A DNA stretch of 35,688 nucleotides from an uncultured virus (IMG/VR IMGVR_UViG_3300027151_000003) (lineage: Duplodnaviria > Heunggongvirae > Uroviricota > Caudoviricetes), in IMG/VR virus record IMGVR_UViG_3300027151_000003, one strand, 5' to 3'. Of the stretch, positions 26,652-35,195 are shown in pieces. How positions within the stretch are numbered: position 1 is the first letter of the stretch; every line of letters starts with the position of its first letter. The position numbers were made by a program, and so were the translations under genes. The notes under the pieces are model-generated. The model searched no databases, was not told the origin of the DNA, and worked only from the letters and a program-made list of their open reading frames with translations.

Positions 26652-28685
26652 ATGGCATTTACTTTTCGCCTAGCAGAAGAATTTTTAAAGGACTACCGCG
26701 AGAAGAAAGTGCCTTGGGGATACCAAGATGCCGCTGGTAACTCAGTTGGCGAAATTACCTTTTTAAGAACCTACTCCCGCTTAAAAGAAAATGGGGAAAA
26801 GGAAACTTGGACCGACGTTTGCCAACGCGTAATCGAGGGCATGTATTCAATCCAGAAAGACCACTGTAAGTCTCAGCGTTTACCTTGGAATGACTCCAGG
26901 GCTCAGGCTTCGGCTAAGGAAGCGTTTGACCGTTTGTTTAATTTAAAGTGGACTCCACCAGGCCGAGGTCTGTGGGTTATGGGCACCCCGATTGTCAATG
27001 AGCTCAAGAACTCTGCAGCACTGCAGAACTGTGCTTTTGTCTCTACTTCTAGCATGTCTAAATTAGACCCTGCCAAGCCGTTTGCTTTTCTAATGGAAGC
27101 ATCAATGCTGGGCGTAGGTGTAGGCTTTGACGACAAGGGCGCGGACAAAGATTTCACAATCTACGAGCCTAAGTTGCCAGAAGTAACTATCCAGATTCCA
27201 GATACCCGTGAGGGCTGGGTTGAGTCATTAAGCATGCTTATTAACTCCTATTTAAAACCAGAACAGCCTGTCTATGTATTTGATTACTCCCTAATCCGTC
27301 CTGCTGGCGTTCCCATCAAAACCTTTGGAGGCACGGCCGCGGGCCACGAGCCGCTGGAGAAGCTGCACAATCACGTCCGCTCTATCTTTAATAAGAAAAG
27401 GGCCAATTCTAAATTAACAAGGGTAGATATTGCCGATTTAGGTAATTTAATCGGTGTGTGCGTTGTCTCTGGCAACGTCCGCCGCTCAGCCGAGCTACTC
27501 ATGGGTAGATTAGATGACCAAACCTTTTTAAATTTAAAGAACCCTGCCAAGTTCCCAGAGCGCAACTCATACGACAGCTCAGCTCCTGGTTGGGCCTGGA
27601 TGTCTAACAACTCTGTTGAGGTCTCAGTCGGTTCTAATTTAGAACACATTGTTGAGGGTATTGCCCTGAACGGTGAGCCTGGTGTTATCTGGATGGATGT
27701 TACTCGTCAGTATGGTCGCCTTATTGACCCAATCAATAATAAAGACCATCGAGCCGCTGGTTACAACCCATGCGCGGAACAGTCTTTGGAATCATTTGAG
27801 TGTTGCACTCTGGTTGAAACCTACCTCAACCGCCATGACTCTATAGAAGATTACAAGCGCACATTAAAGTTTGCTTACCTTTACGCGAAGACCGTCACAT
27901 TGCTACCTACCCACTGGGAAGAAACTAACGCAATCATGCAACGCAATCGTCGCATTGGAACTTCTATGTCTGGTGTAGCCAACTTTGCAGACCGCGTAGG
28001 GCTACCAACTCTTCGTGTGTGGATGGACGAGGGATATGCAGTTATCCAAAACTACGACCGCACATACTCCGAGTGGTTAGGTATCCGCGAATCTATTAAG
28101 ACTACGACAGTCAAGCCATCAGGAACAGTATCTATCCTTGCTGGTGAATCTCCTGGGGTGCATTGGACTCCTGGTGGTGAGTATTTCCTTCGTGCAATCC
28201 GCTTTGGAAACGATGACCCTATGCTTCCTCTCTTTAAGGCGTCAGGTTATAAAGTAGAAAAAGCTTCGGAATCTCCTAAGACTACTAGCGTGGTGTTCTT
28301 CCCTATTAAGTCCTCTGCAAAAAGGTCGGAAAAGGATGTCTCTATTTACGAAAAGATGTCTCTCGCAGCGATGGCACAGCGTTATTGGTCAGACAACAGC
28401 GTTAGCGTTACAGTATCATTTAATGCAAATACTGAAAAAGACGCCGTAGGAACAGTGCTACATATGTTTGATGGGCAACTCAAAACCGTTTCTTTCTTAC
28501 CTATGGGGAACGAGACTTACCCACAGATGCCATACACACAGATAACTAAAGAAGAATACGAAAAATCTACTATGAAGTTACTGCCTATCGACTTTACTGA
28601 TGTCTATGCAGGAATGGCAGCCGATGCAATCGGTGAGAAATACTGCTCAACGGACTTCTGCGAAGTGCCTATAAAAGATAATTAA
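26652..28685 (+). CDS. nrdJ: Class II (AdoCbl-dependent) ribonucleotide reductase, RTPR-like
   Basis: RTYSR, PPGRGLW, LQNCAF, GNVRRSA, NGEPG, NPCAEQ, TVKPSGT, C-terminal CSTDFC; no small subunit nearby. Confidence 0.92.
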   Translation: MAFTFRLAEEFLKDYREKKVPWGYQDAAGNSVGEITFLRTYSRLKENGEKETWTDVCQRVIEGMYSIQKDHCKSQRLPWNDSRAQASAKEAFDRLFNLKWTPPGRGLWVMGTPIVNELKNSAALQNCAFVSTSSMSKLDPAKPFAFLMEASMLGVGVGFDDKGADKDFTIYEPKLPEVTIQIPDTREGWVESLSMLINSYLKPEQPVYVFDYSLIRPAGVPIKTFGGTAAGHEPLEKLHNHVRSIFNKKRANSKLTRVDIADLGNLIGVCVVSGNVRRSAELLMGRLDDQTFLNLKNPAKFPERNSYDSSAPGWAWMSNNSVEVSVGSNLEHIVEGIALNGEPGVIWMDVTRQYGRLIDPINNKDHRAAGYNPCAEQSLESFECCTLVETYLNRHDSIEDYKRTLKFAYLYAKTVTLLPTHWEETNAIMQRNRRIGTSMSGVANFADRVGLPTLRVWMDEGYAVIQNYDRTYSEWLGIRESIKTTTVKPSGTVSILAGESPGVHWTPGGEYFLRAIRFGNDDPMLPLFKASGYKVEKASESPKTTSVVFFPIKSSAKRSEKDVSIYEKMSLAAMAQRYWSDNSVSVTVSFNANTEKDAVGTVLHMFDGQLKTVSFLPMGNETYPQMPYTQITKEEYEKSTMKLLPIDFTDVYAGMAADAIGEKYCSTDFCEVPIKDN

Positions 28686-28696
28686 ATATATAAAGT

Positions 28697-28735
28697 AGAG
28701 AGCCCCCCTAGACCCGAACTAGGGGGGCTTTCTTT
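28697..28735. terminator. Bidirectional terminator at the strand switch
   Basis: AGAGAGCCCCCCTAG-ACCCGAA-CTAGGGGGGCTTTCT with A-rich left and T-rich right flanks. Confidence 0.85.
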
Positions 28736-28740
28736 ATGCT

Positions 28741-28808
28741 ATAGCGTTGATTACGGCGAAGGGACGGAAACCATAATCAAGGGCGGAGATGAGGACACCC
28801 TGCGCTAT
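28741..28808 (-). ncRNA. Candidate three-way-junction structured RNA with two C/U-rich loops
   Basis: Minus strand ATAGCG-CA-[GGGTG TCCTCATCTC CGCCC]-[TTGATTATGG TTTCCGTCCCTTCG CCGTAATCAA]-CGCTAT; G-U pairs only work on the minus strand. Confidence 0.55.
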
Positions 28809-28814
28809 TAAATC

Positions 28815-28967
28815 CTAACCACAACTATTACAGAAATTATATACTCTCATTTGTTGTTTAGCAATTAGGAAAGACCTACCGCAGTGATAGCAAGCCACCA
28901 TTTCTGTAGTCCTGCGTCTCTTATGTAACTCTATTAGAACTTCGTAGTTACTTATATTAATCTTCAT
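28815..28967 (-). CDS. Small zinc-finger protein (50 aa, not in the ORF track)
   Basis: MKINISNYEVLIELHKRRRTTEMVACYHCGRSFLIAKQQMRVYNFCNSCG. Confidence 0.65.
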   Translation of the reverse strand: MKINISNYEVLIELHKRRRTTEMVACYHCGRSFLIAKQQMRVYNFCNSCG

Positions 28968-29082
28968 CGTCGTCGCCTAACTCAAACTCTTCAAACTCTT
29001 CTTCACTCTCTTTAACTGGTGAAGATATGGTCCAATCGCCGTTAGGGACAATAGGGTCAAAAGAATAGTTAAAAGTAGACAT
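28957..29082 (-). CDS. Acidic microprotein (41 aa)
   Basis: MSTFNYSFDPIVPNGDWTISSPVKESEEEFEEFELGDDDED. Confidence 0.55.
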   Translation of the reverse strand: MSTFNYSFDPIVPNGDWTISSPVKESEEEFEEFELGDDDED

Positions 29083-29090
29083 TTAAGTAA

Positions 29091-29378
29091 TTAAATCTCT
29101 CTCTTAAATATAACTTGTCCTGCAAACTCTGTCGGTTTTCCCTTCGCGTCAAGCGTAGCTCCTGGGCCCATTTTTACAGACTTGCGTGTGGTCATCTTGA
29201 TAACCATCTCTTTAATCCAACGCTTACCTGCGCTCGCGTTAGACCATGCGGTTGATACGATTACATTACCTTCGTCAATGCCCTCATCATAGGTAGTAAC
29301 ACGGGCTAACCATGCGCCACCTTTTTCAGGGTTCTTCTTTAGTGTTGCGTCAAATACTACATTTACTTTTTTACCCAC
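29091..29378 (-). CDS. Hypothetical protein
   Basis: 95 aa, AAGGAG RBS with GTG start. Confidence 0.7.
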   Translation of the reverse strand: MGKKVNVVFDATLKKNPEKGGAWLARVTTYDEGIDEGNVIVSTAWSNASAGKRWIKEMVIKMTTRKSVKMGPGATLDAKGKPTEFAGQVIFKREI

Positions 29379-29381
29379 TTG

Positions 29382-29795
29382 TTACTCCTTAGTAATAGGC
29401 CAATGGTATGGCAAGGTTTCATCTACATCAGGGAAGTATTGCCGATAATGTTCTGCAAACTTCCTAACTAGGTTCGCTTGGTGCGACCTATGAAAGTCGG
29501 GGTCGCCTAGCCATGAAGGATAGACTACAGGCTCAACAGGGAACTTGTCTAGTAGGGTGTCCTTGTAACCTCTCTCGCGCCACTCAACACAAACTATGCG
29601 CCCATACTCGTAAAGGGCAGGCTCGTAATCTCTCCACATGAGAACGGCAGGGTGGTTACGCCAACCGCCACCTTTACTCTCTCCGTTAAGAACTCTCATA
29701 ATTTGGTAAGCCTCAACTCTCTGCTTACCTAATCGGCGCATGTCCAGCACCCTAGCACTCTCTCTAAAATTAGATAGCGGTAGGAAAGTCTGCAT
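29382..29795 (-). CDS. MSMEG_6728-like / pyrimidine-dimer glycosylase-fold protein
   Basis: MQTFLP...LD.RRLGKQRVEA, NHPAVLMW, EWRERGY, PSWLGD..HRSHQANLVRK, PYHWP. Confidence 0.8.
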   Translation of the reverse strand: MQTFLPLSNFRESARVLDMRRLGKQRVEAYQIMRVLNGESKGGGWRNHPAVLMWRDYEPALYEYGRIVCVEWRERGYKDTLLDKFPVEPVVYPSWLGDPDFHRSHQANLVRKFAEHYRQYFPDVDETLPYHWPITKE

Positions 29796-29877
29796 GCTCT
29801 CCCTCTTTCTGCTCTAGGCACTTATGGACTTCCCATAAGCCCTCTTTCATTAAGTCACCGCACCAATTACACATCAT
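29770..29877 (-). CDS. Microprotein with C2HC motif (35 aa)
   Basis: MMCNWCGDLMKEGLWEVHKCLEQKEGEHADFPTAI; GGAGAG RBS. Confidence 0.5.
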   Translation of the reverse strand: MMCNWCGDLMKEGLWEVHKCLEQKEGEHADFPTAI

Positions 29878-29886
29878 CTCTCTCTC

Positions 29887-30030
29887 CTATACTTTATCGG
29901 GGCTACCTTGCGGTATAGCGCATAATACACAGAACGCTAGACCAATTTCTCCTGCTTCTTCATTATATACATCATCAGGGAATAACATCTCTCCCTTATC
30001 AAACTCTAAAAAACATCTAGCGCACCTCAC
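29887..30030 (-). CDS. Zinc-finger microprotein (47 aa)
   Basis: MRCARCFLEF...FCVLCAIPQ; GTG start overlaps the upstream stop. Confidence 0.55.
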   Translation of the reverse strand: MRCARCFLEFDKGEMLFPDDVYNEEAGEIGLAFCVLCAIPQGSPDKV

Positions 30031-30194
30031 GATACGCCGTCCATTTCAATAACGGACTTCTTTTCTATATTTAATCCTTTATCTTTCTCTCCACACGCAC
30101 AGTTTCCGCAACCACAACCGCCACCACCGCCGCCACTCAGCGTAGGTGCATTTTCTTGGGTGTATAGGATTTCTTGTCCAGCGTTATCTCTCAT
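30027..30194 (-). CDS. Gly/Cys-rich microprotein (55 aa)
   Basis: MRDNAGQEILYTQENAPTLSGGGGGGCGCGNCACGEKDKGLNIEKKSVIEMDGVS. Confidence 0.6.
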   Translation of the reverse strand: MRDNAGQEILYTQENAPTLSGGGGGGCGCGNCACGEKDKGLNIEKKSVIEMDGVS

Positions 30195-30214
30195 TTGATT
30201 ATCTCTTTTCTATA

Positions 30215-30337
30215 TTAAAGGACTACATAGGGAATAGGTTTAGAGCAGGTATCGCACTCTCCGCTACAGCAGGTGCAGTAACTATCATAGACATGGGAGT
30301 TACTTTCGGGTAACTCCCAACAACACACTCTCTCCAT
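30215..30337 (-). CDS. Cys-rich microprotein (40 aa)
   Basis: MERVCCWELPESNSHVYDSYCTCCSGECDTCSKPIPYVVL. Confidence 0.5.
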   Translation of the reverse strand: MERVCCWELPESNSHVYDSYCTCCSGECDTCSKPIPYVVL

Positions 30338-30338
30338 A

Positions 30339-30515
30339 TTATTTTTTACCTTCCGCGTCGGTGTTAGCGTCGTCGTATCCTGCCATATAAATAGCGGATA
30401 ACCTCTCCACCAGCATATTAGTTGCGTTATCTATATTAGGCATTGAAGCCTCAAAATACATAATTTGGTCGGCTTGTTCTTTAATATCCTCTAGTGCATC
30501 AGCGCTTATCATCAT
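30339..30515 (-). CDS. Hypothetical protein (58 aa)
   Basis: MMISADALEDIKEQADQIMYFEASMPNIDNATNMLVERLSAIYMAGYDDANTDAEGKK. Confidence 0.6.
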   Translation of the reverse strand: MMISADALEDIKEQADQIMYFEASMPNIDNATNMLVERLSAIYMAGYDDANTDAEGKK

Positions 30516-30927
30516 CTATCACCGCCTCTCCTTCCTGTATCTTTCCGTCGGCTAGGGTTAGTGTATCTCCGTAACCTTTCCACACGATATTGCCTTCGGG
30601 GTCGCTAATAGTAATAAGGTTATCGGGGTCTTTAACCCATTGTTGTAGGGCATGGGCGTTGATAATAGTTTCAACGCTAGCAACACTCTCTCCCTTATAT
30701 TTATTTCCATTAAGGTCTATCTCTGCATACCACTCGCCCTCGTTAGCCTTGTTAATAGCATTAACGCATGGGTCAAGCATACTTAGTGGGATAGTCTTAT
30801 CGAACTTGTTTTGCAGGTGATACGCGACTTCGGCGTGTAGCGGTGATAACTCCTCTACCGCGTCGTCGTCATGCTCGATGACTTCTGCGTCGATAATCTC
30901 GTTCCCGTTAGCGTCGTAATCCGTCAT
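30499..30927 (-). CDS. Acidic hypothetical protein
   Basis: 142-aa ORF co-directional with the early operon. Confidence 0.75.
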   Translation of the reverse strand: MTDYDANGNEIIDAEVIEHDDDAVEELSPLHAEVAYHLQNKFDKTIPLSMLDPCVNAINKANEGEWYAEIDLNGNKYKGESVASVETIINAHALQQWVKDPDNLITISDPEGNIVWKGYGDTLTLADGKIQEGEAVIDDDKR

Positions 30928-30957
30928 TAGTTTTCTCTCTAATAGTTGTTGTATATA

Positions 30958-31113
30958 TTAAACTAACGCTTTGACGCGATAGTCTGCCTTGTGCTTCAGA
31001 TTTCCGTATTCTTCTCCGACCCACTCGTCGGCTAGGGCTATCGCTTGGTCTGCGTTTTCCGCTTCCCATGTTGTCGCCATATTAACTATCACTTGCACTT
31101 CGTATCTAGGCAT
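30958..31113 (-). CDS. Hypothetical protein (51 aa)
   Basis: MPRYEVQVIVNMATTWEAENADQAIALADEWVGEEYGNLKHKADYRVKALV; GAGGA RBS. Confidence 0.65.
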   Translation of the reverse strand: MPRYEVQVIVNMATTWEAENADQAIALADEWVGEEYGNLKHKADYRVKALV

Positions 31114-31273
31114 ATTCCTCTACCTCTCGCTCTATGTAGCCTTCTACAATTAAACTATCTAGTAAGTCTGATATATCGCCTAACCGACCTCTTAACTTCG
31201 GTTCGGTTACTGCGTATCGTGCTTCCTCTATAGCATTTACCATAGAGTATAGGTTTTCCTTTGTATAGTCCAT
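31106..31273 (-). CDS. Hypothetical protein (55 aa)
   Basis: MDYTKENLYSMVNAIEEARYAVTEPKLRGRLGDISDLLDSLIVEGYIEREVEEYA; AGGAG RBS. Confidence 0.65.
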   Translation of the reverse strand: MDYTKENLYSMVNAIEEARYAVTEPKLRGRLGDISDLLDSLIVEGYIEREVEEYA

Positions 31274-31279
31274 TTATTT

Positions 31280-31531
31280 TTACTCCTCTATCTCATCTAA
31301 TCGGGTAATCATAGGCGCTTGCAGATTTAAGTCTGCGATAACCTTAGTAAGACTATCAACCCACTCGTCAATATCTTGTCGTTCATCATGGTAATCAAGG
31401 TTATCTAGTCGGGTATCTTTGCTACCGCGTAGGTAGTTTAGGTCAAGGCTTGCACCTAACGCCGTATCTATAAGGATAATAGCCGAACTATCGCCCTCTA
31501 GGTATTTCTTGCATACTTCGTCGTATATCAT
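31280..31531 (-). CDS. Hypothetical protein
   Basis: 83 aa, AGGGGA RBS. Confidence 0.7.
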   Translation of the reverse strand: MIYDEVCKKYLEGDSSAIILIDTALGASLDLNYLRGSKDTRLDNLDYHDERQDIDEWVDSLTKVIADLNLQAPMITRLDEIEE

Positions 31532-31539
31532 TTTATCCC

Positions 31540-31731
31540 CTATCTGATTTTAGTATTGTCCTCTAGGTAGAACGCATAGTCAATAGCACTAAGCGCTAGG
31601 TTATTTAGATTTTCCGCTTGCGGGTGGTTGGTATCTTGCACTATGTCTAGTATCTTGTTAAGCGTTACTTTAAGCATTTCCTTGTAATCTATATTTATAT
31701 TGTCTGTGTCTTGTGCGATTTCTATGTCCAT
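31540..31731 (-). CDS. Hypothetical protein
   Basis: 63 aa, GGAG upstream. Confidence 0.65.
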   Translation of the reverse strand: MDIEIAQDTDNINIDYKEMLKVTLNKILDIVQDTNHPQAENLNNLALSAIDYAFYLEDNTKIR

Positions 31732-31753
31732 GTTCCATCTCCGTTTAATTCCT

Positions 31754-31804
31754 GACTTCCCTAGTTTGTGTAGGGCGTGGGGGGAAGGGTTAGCCCACGC
31801 CCTA
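31754..31804 (-). promoter_or_regulatory. 11-bp intergenic hairpin / candidate pseudoknot
   Basis: Minus strand TAGGGCGTGGG-CTAACCCTTCCC-CCCACGCCCTA then CACAAACTAGGGAAG; loop CTTCCC complements GGGAAG. Confidence 0.5.
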
Positions 31805-31818
31805 ACTCTATATTTATC

Positions 31819-33723
31819 TTATCGTCTGACTAACTTCATCTGCGACTTCACTAAGTCTTTGGCGATAGCGATAATGTCTTTCTCATCATCTACTATCTTA
31901 AAGAACTTAGCGCCATGACGATAGCGGATAAGCATTTTCGCGTAGTCGTCGGGGTGATTTTCTTTATACCACTCTAGCCCACCGATAAATACCACCTGTG
32001 TTAAGACACCTGCGTTATTCATGCGAGAGATAATCTGATTATTGAGGTCGTCGCTATCCCACTCGCCGTCGGTGATAATGAAGCATATCTTTATCCCCTT
32101 ACGGCTTGCGTTAAGGATACGCTCTGCCTCGATTAAGCCCTTAAAGGGATTAGTGCTACCGCTAGTTTGGCAGAACCTCATCTCATCACTCTTAGCCTTA
32201 TCGTCTGCTTTATATACGATACGACTATCGTGGTTGAACTTATAGACAGTAACCTTGCCGTTGATACGCTCGATACCGCGCTTTAGTATCCACGCCGTTT
32301 CCATTGTCTTATAGATACGACCGCCCATGCTACCGCTAGTATCTACTAGGATTACCGCTTCAATATCGTTGCTATCGTTGCCTTGTTCCCACCTATCAAA
32401 TAACTTATCTATGTTATTTATATCGGCGTTCATGGCTCTACCGACATTGAGGCGACCGCTTTCTACTTCTAGTTGCCATGCAGGGTCGTTATCTATGCGT
32501 AGTCGCTCTAACTCCACCGCGAAGCGTCGAGCGCTTGCGGAAGTAGTCATGCTTACGGACATATTAGAATAGGAAGCGGATTTAACTCCGCTACGCATTT
32601 CCTCATTATCCATAATCGCTCTACGGACTTCTGCGGTATCGCGCTTCACCACTTCGTTGTTTTGTAGATTAGATAATTGTTGGTTGATAAGGTCTTTAAT
32701 AGCCTTATCGTCGTCGCTCATCTTATCTTGAACTTCTTTAGTAGTGATAGGACTATCACCGCCACCTGCGCCTTCGCTTTGTTGTGCGTTGTCGCTAGGC
32801 TTATCGTCTAAGGTTTCGCGCTTGGTTGAACCTTCCATGCGGTCGGCTTTTTCCTGTAAGCGGTCTTGTTCCTTAGCGCTTTCGGCGCGACCTTTTTTCA
32901 TCATGCTTCGGTCAATATGTCCGTCGCACTTACCTTCGCCGTTTGTAGGCATGAAGGAAGGTGGCGTGTCCTCATCTGTTCCCATGTATTTAGAGAACTC
33001 TGCGATAAGCCTTTTAGCGCGGTCATAATCTTTGGGGAAAGATAGTGTCCGATACTCATGGATAATATCCGCTAAGGTTATCGCTAGCGCTTGCCCGAAG
33101 TTTGTGGCGAAGCGTGTAGCAATTTCTTGTCGGATATTTATATCAAGGTATTTTCTACCTGTGATAAGGATAAATAGGGAAGCCCACTCGCTACTGTCGC
33201 CCTTTAATATATATTCAAGGGTCGAAGCCTCTAGGAAAGGTTGCGTTGCAGGATACTTTGCTACCAATAGTCGTTCGATACGACTATCCTCTAGGATATT
33301 TAGGCAACGCTTATACTTATTTTGTATAACCCATTGACCTAACTCGCTATTGGCGCGTGGCGTGTATTGGATATGTCCGACCTCATGGTAGTTGAACCCA
33401 TGAAGGCTAACGATAGTGTTATCGTCAATATCCTCTAATAATGAAGCGTTGAACACGATAGATTTTCCGTCGTTGAAGGCGGTGGTATCTAGGTTGGGGT
33501 CGTCGTCTATCTTAACCTCTACCTTGTCGCCTGTGATAATACTATCGGCGCGTGAGTAGATAACACCAACGCTAGATAACGCTTCTTTGTGTGCTTGATA
33601 GGCTTCTTGCTTGGCTTCAATATCAACGGCATATTCCATAGTGTTTGTATCACTATTCCATGACGCACTTTGATATATCTCGTTCATAAGCCTATCTAGG
33701 CTATCTTGCTCGTTGCGCCACAC
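31819..33723 (-). CDS. vWA-domain protein with N-terminal HExxH region (CobT/ViaA-like partner of MoxR ATPases)
   Basis: HEVGH, NILEDSRIE, SGRL, MIDAS DTSGSM, GST, ITDG. Confidence 0.88.
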   Translation of the reverse strand: MWRNEQDSLDRLMNEIYQSASWNSDTNTMEYAVDIEAKQEAYQAHKEALSSVGVIYSRADSIITGDKVEVKIDDDPNLDTTAFNDGKSIVFNASLLEDIDDNTIVSLHGFNYHEVGHIQYTPRANSELGQWVIQNKYKRCLNILEDSRIERLLVAKYPATQPFLEASTLEYILKGDSSEWASLFILITGRKYLDINIRQEIATRFATNFGQALAITLADIIHEYRTLSFPKDYDRAKRLIAEFSKYMGTDEDTPPSFMPTNGEGKCDGHIDRSMMKKGRAESAKEQDRLQEKADRMEGSTKRETLDDKPSDNAQQSEGAGGGDSPITTKEVQDKMSDDDKAIKDLINQQLSNLQNNEVVKRDTAEVRRAIMDNEEMRSGVKSASYSNMSVSMTTSASARRFAVELERLRIDNDPAWQLEVESGRLNVGRAMNADINNIDKLFDRWEQGNDSNDIEAVILVDTSGSMGGRIYKTMETAWILKRGIERINGKVTVYKFNHDSRIVYKADDKAKSDEMRFCQTSGSTNPFKGLIEAERILNASRKGIKICFIITDGEWDSDDLNNQIISRMNNAGVLTQVVFIGGLEWYKENHPDDYAKMLIRYRHGAKFFKIVDDEKDIIAIAKDLVKSQMKLVRR

Positions 33724-33725
33724 GA

Positions 33726-35195
33726 TTAGTTACCTGCGTATGCTTGTTGGTTGGTGATAGGGATATTTATAACGGAAAGGTCGCTAATCTTATCCTCTAG
33801 TGTTTCGGTAACGGCTTCATCTGTTTTAATAGAAAGAACCGCTAAGCCTAACTCCTCTGCGATATTGTCGCGGTGAGTATTGACTACTAACCTTACTGCT
33901 GACCTTTCCTCATCACCCTCGAACGAGTTAATGTAGTTATAGGTAGCGAACTCCATGCCGAACGCTTTGGCGTTGGTAATGAAGGCGACTAGCGAGCGTG
34001 TCGATACTGGCGTAGCGAGTGTGCCCTTGTTGAACTCGGCGCGTAGTTGGTTTGCCATTTCCACTAGCGACTTATTCTTTAGTAACTTCTGTTCAATAGG
34101 CTTATCGTATGGGAACGATAGTCTTACTGCGAAGCGGTCGGCGAGTGCCTGATTAAGTGGGCGAGTGCCACGATAGTCGGGGTTCATGTCGCCCATGATT
34201 AGTAGGTCGGGGTGCGCCTTGATTACTTCTCCACCATTTTCCATTAGTTGTATCTCACGACGATAATCTAATAAAGAAAAGATAAAGGTGAGGAAGCGCT
34301 CGGGTGCGAAGTTAATCTCGTTGAACAATAGAACGCCACCATTACGGACTATCTCCGTAACCGCGCCGTCTTGCCAACGGAAGTGTCCGTCGGGAGTTGG
34401 TATCCAACGACCGACTAGGTGCGAAGCCTCTAGCCCGATATGGCAAGCGACATTGAAGTAACGCATATTGCGAGCGCTAGCATAAGCCTGTGCGCTCATA
34501 GTCTTACCGCTTCCTGCATGACCTTCGATAAGGATATTCATGGAGTTGGCTAGTGCGTGGTCATATACCTCGAAGTCGGTAAGGTTATCAACGACCTTGC
34601 GGTTGATATAAGTCGTCGCCCACTTCTTGTCGGGAACGCTCACCATAGCACTTACGAGCGATAGGCTTGTTTCGTTGGTTGGTCGAACCTCGATAACCTT
34701 ATTAGTGGTAGTTGCTACTTCCACTATCTTTGCTTCCGCGATAGGCGTATCTGCACCCTTAAAGATAGGCTTAATAGATACACCCTGATTACGGCGTTTG
34801 TCCGTAATGTAATCATTGAGGCTATTGTCGCCAATTTCTAGGCGAGCGATAAGACTACCTGCTACCTCATTGTGGTTGCTGATAACCTCATCATTGACCG
34901 CTTCTGCGGTTTCTAGTGCATATAGCGCCTTGATACCGATATTGGTAATCTGTCCTAGTTTCATCATGTCGCGGTCGCGGTCGCTGATAACGACGGCGCA
35001 TACTTCGTGTGAGATAGGAGTGCTTGGGAGTTGTGCTAGTGCTACCTGCTTCCATGCCTGACCTCTGCCCTTCATGCCGTTCGATACGCGGTGGTAGATA
35101 TATACTTCGGTATCGTCGGATAGGATAAGTGTCTGTGCCTGTGCAGGTAGTCCTTCGAGTTGGTCGTCGGATACGACCATTAGTGCTAAGGACAT
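33726..35195 (-). CDS. MoxR/CbbQ/CobS-like AAA+ ATPase with long N-terminal extension
   Basis: EGHAGSGKT, WQDG, LLFNEIN, HPDL, MNPDYRGTRPLNQALADRF, STRSL. Confidence 0.9.
   Translation of the reverse strand: MSLALMVVSDDQLEGLPAQAQTLILSDDTEVYIYHRVSNGMKGRGQAWKQVALAQLPSTPISHEVCAVVISDRDRDMMKLGQITNIGIKALYALETAEAVNDEVISNHNEVAGSLIARLEIGDNSLNDYITDKRRNQGVSIKPIFKGADTPIAEAKIVEVATTTNKVIEVRPTNETSLSLVSAMVSVPDKKWATTYINRKVVDNLTDFEVYDHALANSMNILIEGHAGSGKTMSAQAYASARNMRYFNVACHIGLEASHLVGRWIPTPDGHFRWQDGAVTEIVRNGGVLLFNEINFAPERFLTFIFSLLDYRREIQLMENGGEVIKAHPDLLIMGDMNPDYRGTRPLNQALADRFAVRLSFPYDKPIEQKLLKNKSLVEMANQLRAEFNKGTLATPVSTRSLVAFITNAKAFGMEFATYNYINSFEGDEERSAVRLVVNTHRDNIAEELGLAVLSIKTDEAVTETLEDKISDLSVINIPITNQQAYAGN

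Noticed and set aside
686..27649. Minus-strand ORFs in the left arm (e.g. 1956-2366, 12152-12676, 13337-13873)
   Set aside because: Antisense shadows of well-supported + strand genes with no recognisable motifs
9238..28685. Inteins or introns in PolA, RecA or RNR
   Set aside because: The ORFs are uninterrupted, of ordinary length, and show no splice-junction or homing endonuclease motifs
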